In this document: positions 13,175 to 24,029 of the stretch, piece after piece
Layout of the letters: each line of letters begins with the position of its first letter
How positions within the stretch are numbered: position 1 is the stretch's first letter
Origin: Ylistrum balloti
Taxonomy: Eukaryota
Direction: 5' to 3'
DNA length: 64,000 bases
Assembly (NCBI RefSeq): GCF_031769215.1
Contig: NW_026782588.1
Location: forward strand, 372,001-436,000
Translations under genes and position numbers: made by a program
Notes under the pieces: model-generated
Told to the model about the DNA's origin: nothing
The model's database searches: none
Seen by the model: only the letters and a program-made list of their open reading frames with translations

Positions 13175-14395
13175 TCAAATGTTATCATTTCTATTAGTGT
13201 TTTCTGTTATGCAATCCTGTGTAAACATAGACACAATGTTTTCTGGAGTCAGACCATGCGAGGTTACCATATGTGGTCCCTTATATACACAGCTTTCTAA
13301 TGGCACAAGAACAGGGTTAAATCCCTGTAGACTCGTCAATGTATAACCAAGCTGTTCAATACATAACGATATATATACATCCTCAAGGTAAAAAAATGGC
13401 ACGTCTTTTGATATAGTATAGACTTTTCTCATTGTAGTCATACTAGTAACGTACCCTGTTCCTGAACAGTATCCTGGGTACACCGACCTCGGGTACTGAC
13501 GAAATGACGCATACCATTTAAATCTGCTATCTCGGACAGGTAACGCAACGTGTTTACAATATCCTCCAACAGAATTCTCAAGTTGTTTTTCATGATTTTT
13601 CACGCTTTCTAACAAATTCCGAACATTGACATATACGTCGTCATCAGTTTTCATCACAAATTTGGCAGAAGAACAAAACAAATTAGCCCACTTAAATCCC
13701 ATTAATGTTTTTAGTGTCAGATTATTGTAGCTGTCGATGAAATCCTCTTGCACGATATCCTTATATTTAGCAAACTCTCGAGTTATATCCTGTTTCAATG
13801 GCTTGTTAGACTGGGAACCCAGCAGGAAGACGTACCTTACGTTTGATGTATTGTTTTTAGAAATGTTTAGCCATGTCCTTCGAATTACCTCTCTTTTGTG
13901 TCGATTACCAGGTGTTGTCGAGATTAAAATAACAACGTCTATGTCGGAAGTTTGTTTCACACTGCATATGTCTTTGTTGACATGAATAAAGTTAAAGTTA
14001 TGCAGGAAACAGTTTGAGCAGTTATCAAGACGGGCGAGAGGGTCGAAGGTAGTTGTTGGCTCGGCACTCGTGCTCGGTGTTGTTGTTGCTGTCAAATTTG
14101 CTGTTAAAGAAGACATCGGTGTTTGTTTTTCTGATGATGACGATGGCGACGGCAACGCTGACGATTCTATCGAAGTTGTTCTTGCGTTGTTAAAATTCAT
14201 GTGACCAATAAGGTTTAACTCGGTTGTATTCCTCATATTGAATAACATCCTAGAGTTATCCCTCAGTCGGGTTTTTGTGCTATGTCTTAAGAGGAGTTCC
14301 GAGTGTTTCTTCTTGTTCGTTCTATTTAACCAAATATACACCAGCACACATGCGAACAATGGTAGTATCATCTTTAGTAGATATCTCTTAGCCAT
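13175..14395 (-). CDS. B3GALT: Beta-1,3-galactosyltransferase-like (GT31), copy 1, 406 aa, most divergent C-terminus
   Basis: Type II TM (ILPLFACVLVYIWL), Ser/Thr-rich stem, and GT31 motifs IRRTW, FVMKTDDDVYVN (DxD), YPGYCSGTGYV and LEDVY. Intact intronless ORF. The family call is firm; the exact orthologue and acceptor specificity are not. Confidence 0.93.
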   Translation of the reverse strand: MAKRYLLKMILPLFACVLVYIWLNRTNKKKHSELLLRHSTKTRLRDNSRMLFNMRNTTELNLIGHMNFNNARTTSIESSALPSPSSSSEKQTPMSSLTANLTATTTPSTSAEPTTTFDPLARLDNCSNCFLHNFNFIHVNKDICSVKQTSDIDVVILISTTPGNRHKREVIRRTWLNISKNNTSNVRYVFLLGSQSNKPLKQDITREFAKYKDIVQEDFIDSYNNLTLKTLMGFKWANLFCSSAKFVMKTDDDVYVNVRNLLESVKNHEKQLENSVGGYCKHVALPVRDSRFKWYASFRQYPRSVYPGYCSGTGYVTSMTTMRKVYTISKDVPFFYLEDVYISLCIEQLGYTLTSLQGFNPVLVPLESCVYKGPHMVTSHGLTPENIVSMFTQDCITENTNRNDNI

Positions 14396-15460
14396 GATGT
14401 GAAGTGAACTTATGATTTATGTTTAAAAGCAGTCAGCTCTAGGTTTTTCCGTCATCTACCTGAATCCGAGCATTGGTATAGAACCTATCCTGTGTTACTC
14501 TATGAATACAAAACGCAATAACGTTATCAATAAATATGTACCTGAAAACACATTTTTCAAATTTTCAACTATCTTAGCCCTATCAAGTCAACTGAAATAT
14601 TCGCAGAAGACAGATTAAACTGATAAGGGGACGTTTCAGGTGTTGACAGCGTTGATCCGTTATCAACCCTGCGATGAAAATAAATTACTTTAGCAAACAC
14701 GTGTTTGTGTGTGTTTGTATGTGAGGTTATATTAGAGACGGTATGTATATTAATGCATGGCATGCACATACATGTTCAAATATATTCCATGTCGTTTTCA
14801 TTATTACAATCATTGCATCTATGTTCAATGTAATCAAAATATCATTTTTTCGATGTAACTTAATGAAAATACACATTAATTTCACCCTGTTTAATAATTC
14901 ATTCAATACCGCAAACATTCTTACTTCTATGCAATGAAATTTCATCACTTTGTCTGTGCGTTTGGAAAATAAGCGCAATGATGAAATAGCACATCTACAA
15001 TGATTGCTATCAACAAGATAATATTTTCTGGAAATACTTTCAGCGGGAAAAGCGCTAAAGAAACTACCACTGAAATATGCATGTTCACATAATAGGTTTG
15101 AAACGTAAACATGCCACATTAGGTGACAAGAAATATTCATGTCTGATGACACAATGTATTTTTCATTTGTTAAATTTTAAAATTTTCAACTATCTTAGCC
15201 CTATCAAGTCATTATCAAGTGGTTAAAGCTAGATGGATATATACATTTGCATCGAGAAATGAAGAGAAAACAATCTGCATAAATGGATATGTCTGATGAA
15301 GAAATTTTATACAATTTCTACTGTATATTACCAGTACTTACAGTAATGGAACCGCAGTACCGAAGTCAAAGCAGCGAATCACAAAGTTGTCATTTCAAAA
15401 TGCTTTGCAACCAAAAAAAATAAGATAAACTCCGGCTATTTGTGGAAGGATCAACTCTAT

Positions 15461-16669
15461 TCAAATGTTATCAATTCTAGTAGTGTTTTCTGTTATGCAA
15501 TCCTGTGTAAACATAGACACCATGTTTTCTGGAGTCAGACCATGCGAGGTTACCATATATGGTCCCTTATATACACAGCTGTCTAATGGCACAAGAACAG
15601 GGTTAAATCCCTGTAGACTCGTCAGTGTATCACTAAGCTGTTCAATACATAACGATATATATACATCCTCAAGGTAAAAAAATGGCACGTCTTTTGATAT
15701 AGTATAGACTTTTCTCATTGTAGTCATACTAGTAACGTACCCTGTTCCTGAACAGTATCCTGGGTACACCGACCTCGGGTACTGACGAAGTGACGCGTAC
15801 CATTTAAATCTGCTATCTCGGACAGGTAACGCAACGTGTTTACAATATCCTCCAACAGAATTCTCAAGTTGTTTTTCATGATTTTTCACGCTTTCTAACA
15901 AATTCCGAACATTGACATATACGTCGTCATCAGTTTTCATCACAAATTTGGCAGAAGAACAAAACAAATTAGCCCACTTAAATCCCATTAATGTTTTTAA
16001 TGTCAGATTATTGTAGCTGTCGATGAAATCCTCTTGCACGATATCCTTATATTTAGCAAACTCTCGAGTTATATCCTGTTTCAATGGCTTGTTAGACTGG
16101 GAACCCAGCAGGAAGACGTACCTTACGTTTGATGTATTGTTTTTAGAAATGTTTAGCCATGTCCTTCGAATTACCTCTCTTTTGTGTCGATTACCAGGTG
16201 TTGTCGAGATTAAAATAACAACGTCTATGTTGGAAGTTTGTTTCACACTGCATATGTCTTTGTTGACATGAATAAAGTTAAAGTTATGTAGGAAACAGTT
16301 TGAACAGTTGTCAAGACGTGCGAGAGGGTCGATGGTAGTTGTTGGCTTGGTGCTCGTGCTCGGTGTTGTTGTTGCTGTCAAAGAAGTCATCGGTGTTCGT
16401 TTTTCTGATAATGACGATGGCGACGGCAACGCTGACGATTCTATCGATGTTGTTCGTGCGTTGTTAAAATTCATGTGACCAATAAGGTTTAACTCGGTTG
16501 TATTCCTCATATTGAATAACATCCTAGAGTTATCCCTCAGTCGGGTTTTTGTGCTATGTCTTAAGAGGAGTTCCGAGTGTTTCTTCTTGTTCGTTCTATT
16601 TAACCAAATATACACCAGCACACATGCGAACAATGGTAGTATCATCTTTAGTAGATATCTCTTAGCCAT
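15461..16669 (-). CDS. B3GALT: Beta-1,3-galactosyltransferase-like (GT31), copy 2, 402 aa
   Basis: Same motifs as copy 1, with a 12-bp shorter stem. Confidence 0.93.
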   Translation of the reverse strand: MAKRYLLKMILPLFACVLVYIWLNRTNKKKHSELLLRHSTKTRLRDNSRMLFNMRNTTELNLIGHMNFNNARTTSIESSALPSPSSLSEKRTPMTSLTATTTPSTSTKPTTTIDPLARLDNCSNCFLHNFNFIHVNKDICSVKQTSNIDVVILISTTPGNRHKREVIRRTWLNISKNNTSNVRYVFLLGSQSNKPLKQDITREFAKYKDIVQEDFIDSYNNLTLKTLMGFKWANLFCSSAKFVMKTDDDVYVNVRNLLESVKNHEKQLENSVGGYCKHVALPVRDSRFKWYASLRQYPRSVYPGYCSGTGYVTSMTTMRKVYTISKDVPFFYLEDVYISLCIEQLSDTLTSLQGFNPVLVPLDSCVYKGPYMVTSHGLTPENMVSMFTQDCITENTTRIDNI

Positions 16670-17734
16670 GATGTGAAGTGAACTTATGATTTATGTTTAA
16701 AAGCAGTCAGCTCTAGGTTTTTCCGTAATCTACATGAATCCGAGCATTGGTATAGAACCTATCCTGTGTTACTCTATGAATACAAAACGCAATAACGTTA
16801 TCAATAAATATGTACCTGAAAACACATTTTTCAAATTTTCAACTATCTTAGCCCTATCAAGTCAACTGAAATATTCGCAGAAGACAGATTAAACTGATAA
16901 GGGGACGTTTCAGGTGTTGACAGCGTTGATCCGTTATCAACCCTGCGATGAAAATAAATTACTTTAGCAAACACGTGTTTGTGTGTGTTTGTATGTGAGG
17001 TTATATTAGAGACGGTATGTATATTAATGCATGGCATGCAAATACATGTTCAAATATATTCCATGTCGTTTTCATTATTACAATCATTGCATCTATGTTC
17101 AATGTAATCAAAATATCATTTTTTCGATGTAACTTAATGAAAATACACATTAATTTCACCCTGTTTAATAATTCATTCAATACCGCAAACATTCTTACTT
17201 CTATGCAATGAAATTTCATCACTTTGTCTGTGCGTTTGGAAAATAAGCGCAATGATGAAATAGCACATCTACAATGATTGCTATCAACAAGATGATATTT
17301 TCTGGAAATACTTTCAGCGGGAAAAGCGCTAAAGAAACTACCACTGAAATATGCATGTTCACATAATAGGTTTGAAACGTAAACATGCCACATTAGGTGA
17401 CAAGAAATATTCATGTCTGATGACACAATGTATTTTTCATTTGTTAAATTTTAAAATTTTCAACTATCTTAGCCCTATCAAGTCATTATCAAGTGGTTAA
17501 AGCTAGATGGATATATACATTTGCATCGAGAAATGAAGAGAAAACAATCTGCATAAATGGATATGTCTGATGAAGAAATTTTATACAATTTCTACTGTAT
17601 ATTACCAGTACTTACAGTAATGGAACCGCAGTACCGAAGTCAAAGCAGCGAATCACAAAGTTGTCATTTCAAAATGCTTTGCAACCAAAAAAAATAAGAT
17701 AAACTCCGGCTATTTGTGGAAGGATCAACTCTAT

Positions 17735-18943
17735 TCAAATGTTATCAATTCTAGTAGTGTTTTCTGTTATGCAATCCTGTGTAAACATAGACACCATGTT
17801 TTCTGGAGTCAGACCATGCGAGGTTACCATATATGGTCCCTTATATACACAGCTGTCTAATGGCACAAGAACAGGGTTAAATCCCTGTAGACTCGTCAGT
17901 GTATCACTAAGCTGTTCAATACATAACGATATATATACATCCTCAAGGTAAAAAAATGGCACGTCTTTTGATATAGTATAGACTTTTCTCATTGTAGTCA
18001 TACTAGTAACGTACCCTGTTCCTGAACAGTATCCTGGGTACACCGACCTCGGGTACTGACGAAGTGACGCGTACCATTTAAATCTGCTATCTCGGACAGG
18101 TAACGCAACGTGTTTACAATATCCTCCAACAGAATTCTCAAGTTGTTTTTCATGATTTTTCACGCTTTCTAACAAATTCCGAACATTGACATATACGTCG
18201 TCATCAGTTTTCATCACAAATTTGGCAGAAGAACAAAACAAATTAGCCCACTTAAATCCCATTAATGTTTTTAATGTCAGATTATTGTAGCTGTCGATGA
18301 AATCCTCTTGCACGATATCCTTATATTTAGCAAACTCTCGAGTTATATCCTGTTTCAATGGCTTGTTAGACTGGGAACCCAGCAGGAAGACGTACCTTAC
18401 GTTTGATGTATTGTTTTTAGAAATGTTTAGCCATGTCCTTCGAATTACCTCTCTTTTGTGTCGATTACCAGGTGTTGTCGAGATTAAAATAACAACGTCT
18501 ATGTTGGAAGTTTGTTTCACACTGCATATGTCTTTGTTGACATGAATAAAGTTAAAGTTATGTAGGAAACAGTTTGAACAGTTGTCAAGACGTGCGAGAG
18601 GGTCGATGGTAGTTGTTGGCTTGGTGCTCGTGCTCGGTGTTGTTGTTGCTGTCAAAGAAGTCATCGGTGTTCGTTTTTCTGATAATGACGATGGCGACGG
18701 CAACGCTGACGATTCTATCGATGTTGTTCGTGCGTTGTTAAAATTCATGTGACCAATAAGGTTTAACTCGGTTGTATTCCTCATATTGAATAACATCCTA
18801 GAGTTATCCCTCAGTCGGGTTTTTGTGCTATGTCTTAAGAGGAGTTCCGAGTGTTTCTTCTTGTTCGTTCTATTTAACCAAATATACACCAGCACACATG
18901 CGAACAATGGTAGTATCATCTTTAGTAGATATCTCTTAGCCAT
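17735..18943 (-). CDS. B3GALT: Beta-1,3-galactosyltransferase-like (GT31), copy 3, 402 aa (protein identical to copy 2)
   Basis: Same GT31 motifs; the ORF-track translation is identical to copy 2. Confidence 0.92.
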   Translation of the reverse strand: MAKRYLLKMILPLFACVLVYIWLNRTNKKKHSELLLRHSTKTRLRDNSRMLFNMRNTTELNLIGHMNFNNARTTSIESSALPSPSSLSEKRTPMTSLTATTTPSTSTKPTTTIDPLARLDNCSNCFLHNFNFIHVNKDICSVKQTSNIDVVILISTTPGNRHKREVIRRTWLNISKNNTSNVRYVFLLGSQSNKPLKQDITREFAKYKDIVQEDFIDSYNNLTLKTLMGFKWANLFCSSAKFVMKTDDDVYVNVRNLLESVKNHEKQLENSVGGYCKHVALPVRDSRFKWYASLRQYPRSVYPGYCSGTGYVTSMTTMRKVYTISKDVPFFYLEDVYISLCIEQLSDTLTSLQGFNPVLVPLDSCVYKGPYMVTSHGLTPENMVSMFTQDCITENTTRIDNI

Positions 18944-20006
18944 GATGTGAAGTGAACTTATGATTTATGTTTAAAAGCAGTCAGCTCTAGGTTTTTCCGT
19001 AATCTACATGAATCCGAGCATTGGTATAGAACCTATCCTGTGTTACTCTATGAATACAAAACGCAATAACGTTATCAATAAATATGTACCTGAAAACACA
19101 TTTTTCAAATTTTCAACTATCTTAGCCCTATCAAGTCAACTGAAATATTCACAGAAGACAGATTAAACTGATAAGGGGACGTTTCAGGTGTTGACAGCGT
19201 TGATCCTCTATCAACCCTGCGATGAAAATAAATTACTTTAGCAAACGTGTTTGTGTGTGTTTGTATGTGAGGTTATATTAGAGACGGTATGTATATTAAT
19301 GCATGGCATGCAAATACATGTTCAAATATATTCCATGTCGTTTTCATTATTACAATCATTGCATCTATGTTCAATGTAATCAAAATATCATTTTTTCGAT
19401 GTAACTTAATGAAAATACACATTAATTTCACCCTGTTTAATTATTAATTCAATACCGCAAACATTCTTACTTCTGTGCAATGAAATGTCATCACTTTGTC
19501 TGTGCGTTTGGAAAATAAGCGCAATGATGAAATAGCACATCTACAATGATTGATATCAACAAGATGATATTTTCTAGAAATACTTTCAGCGGGAAAAACG
19601 CTAAAGAAACTACCACTGAAATATGCATGTTCACATAATAGGTTTGAAACGTAAACATGCCACATTAGGTGACAAGAAATATTCATGTCTGATGACACAA
19701 TGTATTTTTCATTTGTTAAATTTTAAAATTTTCAACTATCTTAGCCCTATCAAGTCATTATCAAGTGGTTAAAGCTAGATGGATATATACATTTGCATCG
19801 AGAAATGAAGAGAAAACAATCTGCATAAATGGATATGTCTGATGAAGAAATTTTATACAATTTCTACTGTATATTACCAGTACTTACAGTAATGGAACCG
19901 CAGTACCGAAGTCAAAGCAGCGAATCACAAAGTTGTCATTTCAAAATGCTTTGCAACCAAAAAAAATAAGATAAACTCCGGCTATTTGTGGAAGGATCAA
20001 CTCTAT

Positions 20007-21215
20007 TCAAATGTTATCAATTCTAGTAGTGTTTTCTGTTATGCAATCCTGTGTAAACATAGACACCATGTTTTCTGGAGTCAGACCATGCGAGGTTACC
20101 ATATATGGTCCCTTATATACACAGCTGTCTAATGGCACAAGAACAGGGTTAAATCCCTGTAGACTCGTCAGTGTATAACTAAGCTGTTCAATACATAACG
20201 ATATATATACATCCTCAAGGTAAAAAAATGGCACGTCTTTTGATATAGTATAGACTTTTCTCATTGTAGTCATACTAGTAACGTACCCTGTTCCTGAACA
20301 GTATCCTGGGTACACCGACCTCGGGTACTGACGAAGTGACGCGTACCATTTAAATCTGCTATCTCGGACAGGTAACGCAACGTGTTTACAATATCCTCCA
20401 ACAGAATTCTCAAGTTGTTTTTCATGATTTTTCACGCTTTCTAACAAATTCCGAACATTGACATATACGTCGTCATCAGTTTTCATCACAAATTTGGCAG
20501 AAGAACAAAACAAATTAGCCCACTTAAATCCCATTAATGTTTTTAATGTCAGATTATTGTAGCTGTCGATGAAATCCTCTTGCACGATATCCTTATATTT
20601 AGCAAACTCTCGAGTTATATCCTGTTTCAATGGCTTGTTAGACTGGGAACCCAGCAGGAAGACGTACCTTACGTTTGATGTATTGTTTTTAGAAATGTTT
20701 AGCCATGTCCTTCGAATTACCTCTCTTTTGTGTCGATTACCAGGTGTTGTCGAGATTAAAATAACAACGTCTATGTTGGAAGTTTGTTTCACACTGCATA
20801 TGTCTTTGTTGACATGAATAAAGTTAAAGTTATGTAGGAAACAGTTTGAACAGTTGTCAAGACGTGCGAGAGGGTCGATGGTAGTTGTTGGCTTGGTGCT
20901 CGTGCTCGGTGTTGTTGTTGCTGTCAAAGAAGTCATCGGTGTTCGTTTTTCTGATAATGACGATGGCGACGGCAACGCTGACGATTCTATCGATGTTGTT
21001 CGTGCGTTGTTAAAATTCATGTGACCAATAAGGTTTAACTCGGTTGTATTCCTCATATTGAATAACATCCTAGAGTTATCCCTCAGTCGGGTTTTTGTGC
21101 TATGTCTTAAGAGGAGTTCCGAGTGTTTCTTCTTGTTCGTTCTATTTAACCAAATATACACCAGCACACATGCGAACAATGGTAGTATCATCTTTAGTAG
21201 ATATCTCTTAGCCAT
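20007..21215 (-). CDS. B3GALT: Beta-1,3-galactosyltransferase-like (GT31), copy 4, 402 aa
   Basis: Same GT31 motifs; differs from copies 2/3 by QLSYT versus QLSDT. Confidence 0.93.
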   Translation of the reverse strand: MAKRYLLKMILPLFACVLVYIWLNRTNKKKHSELLLRHSTKTRLRDNSRMLFNMRNTTELNLIGHMNFNNARTTSIESSALPSPSSLSEKRTPMTSLTATTTPSTSTKPTTTIDPLARLDNCSNCFLHNFNFIHVNKDICSVKQTSNIDVVILISTTPGNRHKREVIRRTWLNISKNNTSNVRYVFLLGSQSNKPLKQDITREFAKYKDIVQEDFIDSYNNLTLKTLMGFKWANLFCSSAKFVMKTDDDVYVNVRNLLESVKNHEKQLENSVGGYCKHVALPVRDSRFKWYASLRQYPRSVYPGYCSGTGYVTSMTTMRKVYTISKDVPFFYLEDVYISLCIEQLSYTLTSLQGFNPVLVPLDSCVYKGPYMVTSHGLTPENMVSMFTQDCITENTTRIDNI

Positions 21216-22808
21216 GATGTGAAGTGAACTTATGATTTATGTTTAAAAGCAGTCAGCTCTAGGTTTTTCCGTAATCTACATGAATCCGAGCATTGGTATA
21301 GAACCTATCCTGTGTTACTCTATGAATACAAAACGCAATAACGTTATCAATAAATATGTACCTGAAAACACATTTTTCAAATTTTCAACTATCTTAGCCC
21401 TATCAAGTCAACTGAAATATTCACAGAAGACAGATTAAACTGATAAGGGGACGTTTCAGGTGTTGACAGCGTTGATCCTCTATCAACCCTGCGATGAAAA
21501 TAAATTACTTTAGCAAACGTGTTTGTGTGTGTTTGTATGTGAGGTTATATTAGAGACGGTATGTATATTAATGCATGGCATGCACATACATGTTCAAATA
21601 TATTCCATGTCGTTTTCATTATTACAATCATTGCATCTATGTTCAATGTAATCAAAATATCATTTTTTCGATGTAACTTAATGAAAATACACATTAATTT
21701 CACCCTGTTTAATAATTCATTCAATACCGCAAACATTCTTACTTCTATGCAATGAAATTTCATCACTTTGTCTGTGCGTTTGGAAAATAAGCGCAATGAT
21801 GAAATAGCACATCTACAATGATTGCTATCAACAAGATGATATTTTCTGGAAATACTTTCAGCGGGAAAAGCGCTAAAGAAACTACCACTGAAATATGCAT
21901 GTTCACATAATAGGTTTGAAACGTAAACATGCCACATTAGGTGACAAGAAATATTCATGTCTGATGACACAATGTATTTTTCACTCCGAGCGATCAAGGT
22001 GCCCTTCATCGCATGATAATTAATCGATATATGCAAGCCAAATATTTCCCCATTTTTTTATAGTTATTGTGTTAAATTACCATTAGTTTGAAGTATTATT
22101 CATATGTTAACGTACTTAAAACATTGGAATAATTGCACAGTTCAGCGTATACGCATTTAATCGTCGTTCTTTTCAAATTGATCGGATACGACAAAAAAAA
22201 TGTTATCTGATTAATGTAAGGCTAGTTAACCTTTTCATCTAGTCATCTAGATTCTAAGATTCCTGTCGACCAATATTAATTGTCTTCGGTCCCCTCCTCA
22301 GTATCAATATTTTTAGGCACTAAGTACCATCGAAGAATTCTAAAGGACAACACAATGGCAGTTTACTTCATATTTATTGTTTCATTTTTGTATATATTGT
22401 AAGATATTTAGATTCTTTATGTTGGTGAAGTCTGGTTATATTCACATTGTTGAATGACAGCGATCCACACAGGCAAGTTGTATATATAATGGTAAACAGA
22501 AATTAAATTACTAAAAAGTGAATCCCGACAGACGCGCCGTAAGATGGCGCTTCCAATCATTATCAAGTGGTCAAAGATAGATGGATATATATATTTGCAT
22601 CGAGAAATGAAGAGAAAACAATCTGTATAAATGGATATGTCTGATGAAGAAATTTTATACAATTTCTACTGTATATCACCAGTACTTACAGTAATGGAAC
22701 CGCAGTACCGAAGTCAAAGCAGCGAATCACAAAGTTGTCATTTCAAAATGCATTGCAACTTAAAAAAATAAGATGAACTCCGGCTATTTGTGGAAGGATC
22801 AACTCTAT

Positions 22809-24029
22809 TCAAATGTTATCAATTCTAGTAGTGTTTTCTGTTATGCAATCCTGTGTAAACATAGACACCATGTTTTCTGGAGTCAGACCATGCGAGGTTA
22901 CCATATGTGGTCCCTTATATACACAGCTGTCTAATGGCACAAGAACAGGGTTAAATCCCTGTAGACTCGTCAGTGTATAACCAAGCTGTTCAATACATAA
23001 CGATATATATACATCCTCAAGGTAAAAAAATGGCACGTCTTTTGATATAGTATAGACTTTTCTCATTGTAGTCATACTAGTAACGTACCCTGTTCCTGAA
23101 CAGTATCCTGGGTACACCGACCTCGGGTACTGACGAAATGACGCATACCATTTAAATCTGCTATCTCGGACAGGTAACGCAACGTGTTTACAATATCCTC
23201 CAACAGAATTCTCAAGTTGTTTTTCATGATTTTTCACGCTTTCTAACAAATTCCGAACATTGACATATACGTCGTCATCAGTTTTCATCACAAATTTGGC
23301 AGAAGAACAAAACAAATTAGCCCACTTAAATCCCATTAATGTTTTTAATGTCAGATTATTGTAGCTGTCGATGAAATCCTCTTGCACGATATCCTTATAT
23401 TTAGCAAACTCTCGAGTTATATCCTGTTTCAATGGCTTGTTAGACTGGGAACCCAGCAGGAAGACGTACCTTACGTTTGATGTATTGTTTTTAGAAATGT
23501 TTAGCCATGTCCTTCGAATTACCTCTCTTTTGTGTCGATTACCAGGTGTTGTCGAGATTAAAATAACAACGTCTATGTCGGAAGTTTGTTTCACACTGCA
23601 TATGTCTTTGTTGACATGAATAAAGTTAAAGTTATGAAGGAAACAGTTTGAGCAGTTATCAAGACGGGCGAGAGGGTCGAAGGTAGTTGTTGGCTCGGCA
23701 CTCGTGCTCGGTGTTGTTGTTGCTGTCAAATTTGCTGTTAAAGAAGACATCGGTGTTTGTTTTTCTGATGATGACGATGGCGACGGCAACGCTGACGATT
23801 CTATCGATGTTGTTCGTGCGTTGTTAAAATTCATGTGACCAATAAGGTTTAACTCGGTTGTATTCCTCATATTGAATAACATCCTAGAGTTATCCCTCAG
23901 TCGGGTTTTTGTGCTATGTCTTAAGAGGAGTTCCGAGTGTTTCTTCTTGTTCGTTCTATTTAACCAAATATACACCAGCACACATGCGAACAATGGTAGT
24001 ATCATCTTTAGTAGATATCTCTTAGCCAT
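22809..24029 (-). CDS. B3GALT: Beta-1,3-galactosyltransferase-like (GT31), copy 5, 406 aa
   Basis: Same GT31 motifs, long stem. Confidence 0.93.
   Translation of the reverse strand: MAKRYLLKMILPLFACVLVYIWLNRTNKKKHSELLLRHSTKTRLRDNSRMLFNMRNTTELNLIGHMNFNNARTTSIESSALPSPSSSSEKQTPMSSLTANLTATTTPSTSAEPTTTFDPLARLDNCSNCFLHNFNFIHVNKDICSVKQTSDIDVVILISTTPGNRHKREVIRRTWLNISKNNTSNVRYVFLLGSQSNKPLKQDITREFAKYKDIVQEDFIDSYNNLTLKTLMGFKWANLFCSSAKFVMKTDDDVYVNVRNLLESVKNHEKQLENSVGGYCKHVALPVRDSRFKWYASFRQYPRSVYPGYCSGTGYVTSMTTMRKVYTISKDVPFFYLEDVYISLCIEQLGYTLTSLQGFNPVLVPLDSCVYKGPHMVTSHGLTPENMVSMFTQDCITENTTRIDNI

Noticed and set aside
13737-13985. Recurrent plus-strand 82-aa ORF (and 70-aa ORFs at 15465 and 17739) inside the GT genes
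   Set aside because: These are antisense shadows of the GT31 CDS. They recur only because the unit is duplicated.
13079-14462. GT CDS as a retrocopy inserted into the empty site
   Set aside because: No poly(A) tail or TSD at the boundaries. GT31 genes commonly have a single coding exon, so deletion is more parsimonious, although not proven.
14569-15152. Spacer ORFs (64-163 aa) repeated in each unit, as a possible second gene
   Set aside because: They have no recognisable domain, their starts and stops vary between near-identical copies, and no such ORF is reported for the diverged paralogous spacer at 27.0-27.4 kb.
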